Positions 20,931-29,946 of a stretch of 35,574 nt of DNA are shown here, in pieces. The position numbers were made by a program, and so were the translations under genes. This stretch comes from Jimgerdemannia flammicorona. Lineage: Eukaryota. The notes beneath the pieces are model-generated. The model was not told where the DNA came from, ran no database searches, and saw nothing but the letters and a program-made list of their open reading frames with translations. Where the stretch lies: NCBI GenBank assembly GCA_003990765.1, contig RBNJ01000246.1, forward strand, positions 1 through 35,574, written 5' to 3'. Within the stretch, counting starts at the first letter, position 1. Each line of letters opens with the position of its first letter.

Positions 20931-23900
20931 ATGTCGTCCGAAAGTGATACCCGGGACATTGGCTTCACAAATGCAGTGCCCAGTACGATGGACGGCCAGG
21001 TGGTGACTACCAACGAGCAGGGAGACCACATCGAGGAGTTGGTGCTAAACTCGAACAATATCGCGGGGTCGGTGTTCAATGGACCCGTTAGCATCACCGT
21101 TAATAATTTTCCAATTCAATATGCCAAGAGCCGTGATAAAAAAATGTTCCTAGTTCCTATCAAGCCCACAAATCGATTAGTAAGGCGAGAGGATATTCTG
21201 GAAACGATGCGAGCGGCGATCCGTGGCAATCGATCAAAGGACGTAACCGTGCCGGTAGTCCTCAAGGGCATTGGTGGAATGGGAAAATCCGAGCTCATGT
21301 TGAATTATTGCTACCAGCATCGAGAAGACTATTTGTATGTCTTTTGGCTGCATGTTAACGGTAGCAAAGCAACTCGAGACGCGTTCCAAGGGCTGGCGAA
21401 GAAACTTGGGATATTTGATGACATCAACAAGTTGAACCATGGCGAGGAGTTGATATATTTGATCCGTAAATGGCTGGAATCAAGGACGGGCTGGCTGCTG
21501 CTTTTGGATAATATGGATAGTGTTTATGATGTAGATCCTTATATTCCGTCATCAGGTGGAGACGTCATTGTAACAACTCGCAATCATGTATTATCCTCGT
21601 GGGCAACCGTAATAGAAGTAGACAAGATGACAAACGAGGAGGCCCTTCATCTTCTGCTCGGTTTTCGCTCAGCATCTGAGGATGCTAAAAGCATTGTGCA
21701 AGAACTGGACTGTTTCCCACTTGCCATCAATATCGCGCGTTCGTACATCGAATCCACCAATACCTCTTTCCATGCCTACCTGAAATCGATTAAACAAAAC
21801 CCTATGCTGCTACTTAGCCGATCCAATGATATCCCCAGTAGATACGAAGAAACGGTGGCTACGGTGTGGAACCTGTCTTTTGAAAAAATCAAGGAGCGAA
21901 ATCCGTTGGCAATTCGAATTCTTGATGCTTGTGCTTTTCTGAAGCCAGAGGCAATACCCACATCCCTTTTCCAAAAACAATACAGTGCTCTAAAGCTCTT
22001 TTTAGAAGAGGACAATCCCCTTGGACCAGTTGAAGACGTTATTTCTGCCATTGGCGTGCTGGTCGAGTTTTCATTTGTTCGGCGAAAAACTGTAGATAAC
22101 ATGGATGAAACTGACCCAACCACCGATATGCTTACGATTAATCGCATGATTCAAACCGTCATTCGTAAATCTATACAGAGCACTGAGTCCCTGCGATGGT
22201 TAGAACGCATCATTATCGCACTTAATGGGGAAGTTGTATCTGACGCGTACTACACTCCTCGGTTCCATACGGCAAACGAAGTGCACCTTCCACACGTCCG
22301 ACACATTGTTGCTCAACTGGAGAATCCGACCCAAATGGCCGCTGACTCCCAAGTACATCTCATAAATCTGCTCAGACAAACATCGATGTACTTGATAGGA
22401 AGTGGCGTTTACCAGGGCACCGAAGAGCTGGCACAGATGGCTGTACCTGTTTCAGAAGCAAATCATGGGACGGAGCATTTCGAAACTGCAACATCTCTGT
22501 ACTATCTAGCGTATCTCTTTGACAGGCAGGGCAAGTACGACAAGGCGGAGCCGCTGTACGAACGGGCGCTGGCGATCCGCGAGAAGGTATTTGGATCAGA
22601 GCACCCAGATACGGCAACATCTCTGCAATCTCTAGCATACCTCTACAAGTACAAGGGAATGTACGACAAGGCGAGGCCACTTTACGAACGGACGCTAGCG
22701 ATCCGCGAGAAGGTGTTGGGATCGGAGCACCCAGACACGGCAACATCTCTGAATGATCTAGCTACGCATTTCCAAAGGGAGGGCAAATACGACTTTGCGC
22801 AGCCGCTCTACGAACAGGTGCTGGCGATCCGCGAGAAGGTGTTGGGATCAGATCATCCCGAAACAGCAGCGACTTTGAACAATCTGGCTGGGCTCTACGA
22901 AAACCAGGGCAAGTACGACTATGCGGAGCTGCTATACCGACGGGCGTTGGCGATCCGCAAGAAGGTATTGGGACCAGAGCACCCAAAAACAGTAGCAACC
23001 CTGAACGACTTGGCTGAGCTCTACAACAGTCAGGGGACAGATTCGCTGTATCGACGAAAGCAGTTGAATAGCGGCGGCACTTCGATCAAAGACGCCCAGC
23101 CGGTTGATGGACAAGAAACCCCTTCAGATATGGCTGCCTATCCAGATTCTTACCTGATGGAGGTCCTAGCCGAGGAACCCAGACATCGCCATGTCCCTCA
23201 ACAACCTGGAACTCCGTGGACCCTTCGTCAGATCCAGGATATTCTCCGAAATTCAGACAATAATGCCATATCGAAGCTTAAATCTAAGTTTCCCAGCGAT
23301 GAGGAGAAGCTCTATGAATGCCTGTCCATGCTCCAAATTGTCGAACTTGCAGCTTGCATGGTTTGGATACCATTCCACAAAATTACGCAGATGGAAAGGT
23401 TGGGCGAAGGCGGGTTTTCTATTGTATACAAAGCCTCGGTGAATGATATTCAGAAACGGAGAAGATTTGTTGCTTTAAAGATATTGAAAGAAAACAGCCT
23501 CGCGACAGACCAATTACGAAATGAGCTATTAGCCAACATTTATCTTCGGCTCTGCAATAATTCTAGTCTAGTAGCAACACCAGCAGTCATAGGGCTCTCA
23601 AGGGACGGTGAAACCGGTTGTTACATTCTGGTGTTGGAGTACGCAGCTCGTGGGAATCTTGCACAACTTCTCATTAAGTCTCCGCCCAATTCCTGGCTAG
23701 ATGTATTGCAGATCGCAACAGAGTTGGCTCGCAGATTACAAGTGATTCACAGAGCCGGCTTGATCCACAACGACTTACACCCAGGAAATATTGTGTTTAT
23801 CGGAAACGCTAAACCCATGATCATCGACGTCGGCATAAGCAACACAGTGGAGTACTTCAGCAATCAAGGCGATCACATCTATGGCCGAATAGACTACCTC

Positions 23901-24341
23901 CCCCCTGAAGCGTTCAAGAAGACTGTGCCATATACACAGAAGTCCGACATATATTGCCTTGGGACACTTCTGTGGCAGCTCACCGCAAGATATTGTCCCC
24001 GTGGACTAGCAGTAAATCCCCCGGAAGCGGCGGCATCAGCTCATTTGCGCGAAGAACCCATCCCCGGCACACCCAAGGAATATTCAGATATATTCAAAAG
24101 GTGCTGGAACCTGAACCCGGAGGAGCGACCGACTATCGACAAGGTGCTGGCTGATCTCGAAAGCATAGAAATGGAGATCGCAAATGACGAGTGGTTGGAT
24201 GACATTCCCGAAGCTTTGGCACATTTGGAGAAAATCAAAGGCGAGATCGCCGCTGGAGAGTCAGGGTTCCAGTTTATTGAGGGGTCCAGAAGCCACTATC
24301 ACCAAAAGGCTGAGCTGGAAAATCTGGCTACTTCAGTGTAA
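20931..24341 (+). CDS. NLR-like NB-ARC-TPR protein with a C-terminal TKL-type protein kinase and a short N-terminal amyloid-like motif, 1136 aa, intronless
   Basis: Walker A GIGGMGKS, Walker B LLLLDNMD, IVTTR and CFPLAI. 42-aa TPRs. Kinase motifs GEGGFSIV, VALK, HNDLHPGN, DVG, YLPPE, SDIY and RPT (~23360-24170). Confidence 0.95.
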   Translation: MSSESDTRDIGFTNAVPSTMDGQVVTTNEQGDHIEELVLNSNNIAGSVFNGPVSITVNNFPIQYAKSRDKKMFLVPIKPTNRLVRREDILETMRAAIRGNRSKDVTVPVVLKGIGGMGKSELMLNYCYQHREDYLYVFWLHVNGSKATRDAFQGLAKKLGIFDDINKLNHGEELIYLIRKWLESRTGWLLLLDNMDSVYDVDPYIPSSGGDVIVTTRNHVLSSWATVIEVDKMTNEEALHLLLGFRSASEDAKSIVQELDCFPLAINIARSYIESTNTSFHAYLKSIKQNPMLLLSRSNDIPSRYEETVATVWNLSFEKIKERNPLAIRILDACAFLKPEAIPTSLFQKQYSALKLFLEEDNPLGPVEDVISAIGVLVEFSFVRRKTVDNMDETDPTTDMLTINRMIQTVIRKSIQSTESLRWLERIIIALNGEVVSDAYYTPRFHTANEVHLPHVRHIVAQLENPTQMAADSQVHLINLLRQTSMYLIGSGVYQGTEELAQMAVPVSEANHGTEHFETATSLYYLAYLFDRQGKYDKAEPLYERALAIREKVFGSEHPDTATSLQSLAYLYKYKGMYDKARPLYERTLAIREKVLGSEHPDTATSLNDLATHFQREGKYDFAQPLYEQVLAIREKVLGSDHPETAATLNNLAGLYENQGKYDYAELLYRRALAIRKKVLGPEHPKTVATLNDLAELYNSQGTDSLYRRKQLNSGGTSIKDAQPVDGQETPSDMAAYPDSYLMEVLAEEPRHRHVPQQPGTPWTLRQIQDILRNSDNNAISKLKSKFPSDEEKLYECLSMLQIVELAACMVWIPFHKITQMERLGEGGFSIVYKASVNDIQKRRRFVALKILKENSLATDQLRNELLANIYLRLCNNSSLVATPAVIGLSRDGETGCYILVLEYAARGNLAQLLIKSPPNSWLDVLQIATELARRLQVIHRAGLIHNDLHPGNIVFIGNAKPMIIDVGISNTVEYFSNQGDHIYGRIDYLPPEAFKKTVPYTQKSDIYCLGTLLWQLTARYCPRGLAVNPPEAAASAHLREEPIPGTPKEYSDIFKRCWNLNPEERPTIDKVLADLESIEMEIANDEWLDDIPEALAHLEKIKGEIAAGESGFQFIEGSRSHYHQKAELENLATSV
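22463..23036 (+). repeat. TPR array (kinesin-light-chain type), ~4.5 units of 42 aa (126 bp)
   Basis: LGSEHPDTATSLxxLAxLYxxQGKYDxAEPLYERALAIREKV is repeated with near-identical DNA. Confidence 0.95.
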
Positions 24342-24569
24342 GCGTTACATATAGTGAGTAAAGGAGTATTGACGTGGATAGGAAGGATCATACACGTTAC
24401 GTTGCGGATTATGTCGTAACATGCGCAAGCAACAGTCATTTGATTTTCGTCGCCAGCATTTCTCTTCTCATGGTATTCTTTCAGTTTTCTCTCTTTCCTC
24501 ACAAATATGAGCCTTTATGTAAACAGAAAACTACATGGGTAAGAGTTTATTATGCAGAATTTATAAGTT

Positions 24570-25500
24570 AAACTACTATATCAATATATTCATTAGCTAT
24601 TATTATTATACTAATTTAAGATATTTAATTATACTTTGATTGTTGATTTGAATATAATATGTATATAATTTGTTTTAAGATATTAATTAAAATATAACTC
24701 AGTAAATATATCAGTAATAATATTATTTTTTAAAACTCAAATATTAAATTTAAACTGATTATATAAAATAAAATTCTGACTAACAATAATATTGTAATTT
24801 AGTATTTACATAATAAAAACATAAATAAATATATACATAATTAAATAAACTCTTCTAGTAGAAGTCTAAATAGAATTTATATTAATAAAATTTAAACATA
24901 AAGATTCTTTATAAATATAGATATAAAAAATCAATTATAATATTTTCTCTGAGTAATAATAAATTTTTATTAGTTGTATTATATTCTATTATATAATTAG
25001 TATATTATTAATAAGCTGATAAATTTTATAATATAATTTTATTATCTAATTAATTTATTATAATTAATAATTTATCTCTTAGTTTATATGCTAATTTTGC
25101 TATATAACTGATATGATGGAATCAGCTCATTGGTTATAATCTATGTAACAGAATCAATCTCATTAGTCAGAATTTGGTAAAATTATCCTTGTCTTTATAA
25201 ATATATACTGCTATATATGCTCAAGATTGATGCTCGGACATATAACCTTTTTTTTTATATCTCTAATTATTTGATATTATATAATAATATAGAGAATTTG
25301 GTATATTTTAAGATCCATCTATGAGTGAGCTGAATTGAAGACATATGGGTTGAGAATGTTGGTATATACATCTTCATTACATCAGAGATATCTGCGAACA
25401 TCTGCATTTGTGACATCTGCATCAGGGTCATTGTTAATCTCAATTGACACTCTAGGTGATATCTAAGACATCTCTGACATCTGAGATTGCATTGTCATCT
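24570..25500. other. Very AT-rich, CpG-depleted block, probable transposon relic
   Basis: Abrupt composition shift after the kinase gene and no long ORFs. ACATCTG-like words recur at ~25380-25500. Confidence 0.5.
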
Positions 25501-25561
25501 GGGCCAAAAAAAAATTATGATGCGCATTATCCACATTAGTATTCCGTCTCGTTCTGTCCCG

Positions 25562-26990
25562 GAGTACATCATCTATATTTTTGGTGACAGTGCCAAAGAT
25601 TACTACGACATTTCGACCTGTCCTAGCTGGATCACCTTCAGTCGGTCAAGTTTCAACGACAACCTCATAGTGCAGCAATACTTGACGGCGGACCTTTTAC
25701 TTCGCAACTAGGGCGTTCAAATCGATCGCAATCTCAAGCTAAAGATTTGTTGAAGTTACTGGCTCTTCTCCGGATCTCACGCCGGAGACAAATGATTACC
25801 TCCAGCTGGAGAACCAACCTATCGGCGGTTTTCTTAACAAGGACAGCGACTCTTCGTTTAACGGCAACGCCCGATGCCTTGCGAGCTGGCACCAACAGCG
25901 AGGCGACTTCGAATGGCAGCCTACCTTCTCACGAGACCAATTCCAGACCCGCATAGTAGCATCACTTGCAGCTGCCAATGCCTAGCCAGACCTTCTCACC
26001 AGAATACTATAAAGATGTTAAGGATAATCTTCGCTGCTCCATCGAATTCTGCAAGCCCACCGTCGATGCCAGTGTCTCGTCCACACCCGAGAACACCACT
26101 ACTACCGACCCGCAAGCGAGATACCGCGATGGCAGGGTTATCCGGAGCCTCAAGTTTGCTCATGTGGAAGGGATGGAATTTTATGCGCGTCAAGATTCGA
26201 ACGCCGATGACCTCCACACCCATTCCAAGCCGCAGATGTCTACCATCCCTGCGGCAAATATACATTTCTACTACGAGAATGGGTCTACCATCTCTTTTAA
26301 CCAGGAAAGTTTGCTGTTCTTCAACCTATACTACTATGTGGAGCTGAACCACGGCGGCATGGAGCAGGAGTTTAAAATCACTTTACCTTAAAGCTTACAA
26401 TAACCGAATTTTCTCACGAATTCGAATTGGACACGATCGTGTTGACCAGAGAGGCAAGTGTCATTTGATCAGAAATGAGGGTTATTTCTTCGAGATCATC
26501 CCTCACAAAGGTAGCATTAATTGTCCCGACGCGATGCCAGAGTCGAAGGAGTCACACTACTGGAAGACCGCTCAAAGTGAGAGTACCAAAGGAATCAGAT
26601 GGTGCCACAAGGTGGATAAACGTGTCCAAAGGGGAGCATTTTGAGACATCCATTTGAGCGGCACATGGTGAAGTACATGTGGGGAAATTTGGGGGATGAA
26701 CCAACGGAATACTCAAGTTAACTTGAAAGTTGGCTTCACCTTCGTGAAGAGTAATTTCAAGGATGTCAAAGACCATACAAATGACGATGGCGATGACAAT
26801 GACGATGAACTGGACCTGGTGAACTCTGTCTCTGTACAAGTCAAGAACATTCGAAGTAAACGTACAGCACAAAGTACTTGGAGTGCATCTGGGAAGTCGA
26901 AAGGAATGTCGGACCCGATGAACATGGATCAAATTCCAAGAATATTCCTCTTACAGACTGTAGCGATTGCTGTAAGTTGAAGGTTCGTGT
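25562..26990 (+). pseudogene. Chimeric pseudogene: 3' part of the sacsin-like gene fused to a copy of the beta-rich exon
   Basis: 25562-26358 aligns to ~18968-19968 with deletions and stops. From ~26360 it aligns to ~32960-33600 (QEF.I, HEFEL, LVNSVS..VKNIR, C..CC). Confidence 0.85.
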
Positions 26991-27599
26991 CTGTATAATG
27001 TCAAACAAGAGCGAATCATGGAGTCTTGAATCAACACTTAGTTGTCATGATCTTATATGTAATATTTGACCTAGAATCAATTTTCTCAAAACAAATACTA
27101 TCCCAAACTCATTATGATAATAGTATTTTAGCATAGTAGAGCCTTATAAACATGCTCACAATATGTCTAAATAATAATTGTTCACAATGTTTATTATAAA
27201 TGACATCAAACATGACTACAGAGGCATGTAATTTATTGGCAAGTTAGTCAATATTCTCATATAGTAATACTAGATAGATCAGCTGAATAAATAAACAAAT
27301 TAATCAAATGAGTTCTGGCTAAATTAACAAAAAAAAAAAAAAAAAAATAAAAAAAAAAGTTTTGGCTAAAATAAAAAAAAAAAAAAAAAAAAAAAGATGA
27401 GACCTCTAGTTACCTACCATCTTATTCATCATTCCAACTACCTAAACTAAAGCAGAACCATACTCGAAGCTTTACCATTGTAACATCGCCGCAGGTGTAG
27501 TATTCAGCTTACAGGTTCCTCGATGGTTGGGCGAGAGGATGGACATGGGTGCAGTGCTATTTTCAGACGATCTGCTACCAGAGCACGTTTGTGACACAC

Positions 27600-28225
27600 A
27601 GCTGTATCTGTTTCACTGTTGTTGTCTGCACTTTGTCAACAGAGAAACAGGGAAGACATGGAGCAGGAGTTTGCCATCAATTTTTCGCCGAAGACCACAA
27701 TCACCGAATGTTCGTACAAGTTTGATTGTGTTAAGCGGAGGCAAGGCAACATTTTCTTAATAACTTTCTCATCGGGATCGTTCTTTGCGAAGCTGAGATT
27801 TCCGGACGCGGAGTCAGAGTCAAAGAAGACCAACTATTGGGTGATCACTCAAGGTGCAAGGGAATCAGATGGTGCCATAACGTGGATCAACCTGCCATAA
27901 GGGAGAGAAATTTGTCACATCAATTGGAGCCTGAACCGACGGAATACTCAATTAACTTAGAGTTGACCTTGAGTTATTTCAAGGACAGTTGATTTCATAC
28001 ATATGACGGTGGCCTAGTGAACTCCGTCTCCATACGAGTCAAGAACATTCTAAAACATGTTAAAGTAACCGTAGAGCCCAAAGCACCTCGATGTATCTGG
28101 AAGTCGCAGAAAAGGTGAAACACAGTGCACTGGATCAAGTAATTACAATGAGTTGCTTCCAAATTTGTCTCCTTTAAAAAATTGCCACATTTGCTGTAAG
28201 TTGAAGACCTGTATCTGTACCGTCG
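27600..28225 (+). pseudogene. Second decayed copy of the beta-rich domain exon
   Basis: MEQEFAINF...ESDGAITWIN...gtgaactccgtctccatacgagtcaagaacatt matches 26360-26990 and 32960-33600. Frameshifts and stops are present. Confidence 0.8.
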
Positions 28226-28409
28226 ATGAAGACCTAAAAATAGGATCTTGTACTGTCATAATCTTCCTAACAATAATTCCACGCCTCACTTTACAATAAA
28301 TTACCTTTGTATGTCTTTGTTTCTTCTAAGTTGGTTATTATTGTGACGCAGAGATAAACAGACTGGGCCACAGTAATGGGCTAATCTACAACGGAGTAAT
28401 ACATTGACG

Positions 28410-29390
28410 ATTATTCCCCAGGGAATAAAGTTACATCATGATGAAGTGTGGCTAAAGACGAACTTGAAGATATTGTATTCTCACATTTCGCATGATTTTT
28501 AGGAACTTGAAAAAAGCCCTAATTTAAACTGGTTCTAAAAGTCATCCGATCGAGATCGCACGCACTAATACCTGAAGATACTCAAACCACCTTAGCCTGC
28601 GTAGATCAGGCAAAGTACATCATCTATGTTTTTGGTGACAGTGCCAAAGGTTACTACGACATCTATACCCGTCTTGGCCGGAGCATCTTTAGCCGGTTGA
28701 GCTTCAACGACAACCTTACAGTACAGTAATACTTGGGCGACGGACCTTCCACTTCTTTGTTCCTATCGATCGCATCCCCAAGCTAAAGTAAGTGTCAGAA
28801 CTTGCGACAACTCCTGTTAAAGTTATCAGCCCTCCTCCTAAACTATAAGTCTCGAAAGCTCTTCAGAACGTCGACAAATTTCTCGCACAGATCCGGGATC
28901 TCTTCCCAACTGTTGACTGCAAATTACTCGCGCAGGGCATGATGGAACTCTTCCAGAGAGTAAGAAAGCTATGAACCAACCTCCCGGAGGCTTTCTTAAC
29001 AACAACAGCTCTTCATTTAACGGCAACCCCGATGTCAACGTCTCGTGAGCTGGCGTAAAAAACGAAACCAATTCCAAACCCGCACAGTCTCATCACCTGC
29101 AACTGCAAATGCCTAGCCAGACCTTCACCAGATTACTATAAATATGCCATGCAAAATCCTCTTCACTTCATCAATATCTGCCGATGCCAGAGTCTCATCC
29201 ACGATCGACCACACCACTCCTACCAAACAGCAAGCAAGAGATACGGTGATGGCAGATGAGCGTTCTCATCTGGAAGATATGAAAATATCATGCACTTCAA
29301 GATGTCAACGCCGATGATCTCCGCGTTTATTCCCTGTGACAAACATACATGTTAATCAGAAATTTTCGTTGTGTGCAACTGAATCACGGG
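28410..29390 (+). pseudogene. Second decayed copy of the 3' part of the sacsin-like gene, with an intron remnant
   Basis: catgatgaagtgtggctaaagacgaacttgaag matches 18766-18798 and is followed by a decayed copy of intron 18799-18874. Similarity runs to caactgaatcacgg (equivalent to ELNHG, ~19960). Confidence 0.85.
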
Positions 29391-29946
29391 GCTGGTGCTC
29401 CTGTCATGTGACCTTTTTGCTGCGTGATCCGTCGATGGGGAGGTGGTTAATTTGCCAGATGTGTGACGAAGGCGATACAGGAGTGTGTGTCTGATCTAAT
29501 TCCGAATTTGGGACTAGGGTCATTGGCCGATCGGCGATCTAGAAATCGGAGGTAAACCTTCTGATGTAGTATGAATATGCATATTTCGCTGTGACCCTGG
29601 ACACATTGAGCCCAACGACGTGAAAGCAATTAGATGAGTAGTATTAAAATCCATCTACTCCGGTCTGATGATTGCTGACATTGGTGATTACAGTTCACCT
29701 CACCGACGGGCGTATAAATGTAATCGTTTCACTGATCGGCGGAAAAGAGATTGCAATCACGTTTGCCCCCTCTATGGTCAGCCTCTTCCGCCTTCCTCTC
29801 TCGCGCAACGCTGCGCCCCCTCGAAGATATAATGGCGAGGCTTTCCGTCTCTGCTACTTTCCCAACCACATTGACGGCGTCGCCGTGGGGACTTTAACAG
29901 TCACTCTCCCTTCCAGCCACCTACCATGAATTGAGGGGATTTCCCG

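Noticed and set aside
27316..27395. Twin poly-A tracts after tggctaaa as a retrocopy tail
   Set aside because: There is no clear TSD, a nearby pseudogene retains an intron, and long homopolymers are common throughout this window and error-prone.
28411..28428. Hairpin ttattccc-ca-gggaataa as a Helitron 3' end explaining gene-fragment capture
   Set aside because: There is no CTRR terminus at the expected distance, and the sequence aligns loosely with the parent gene at ~18740.
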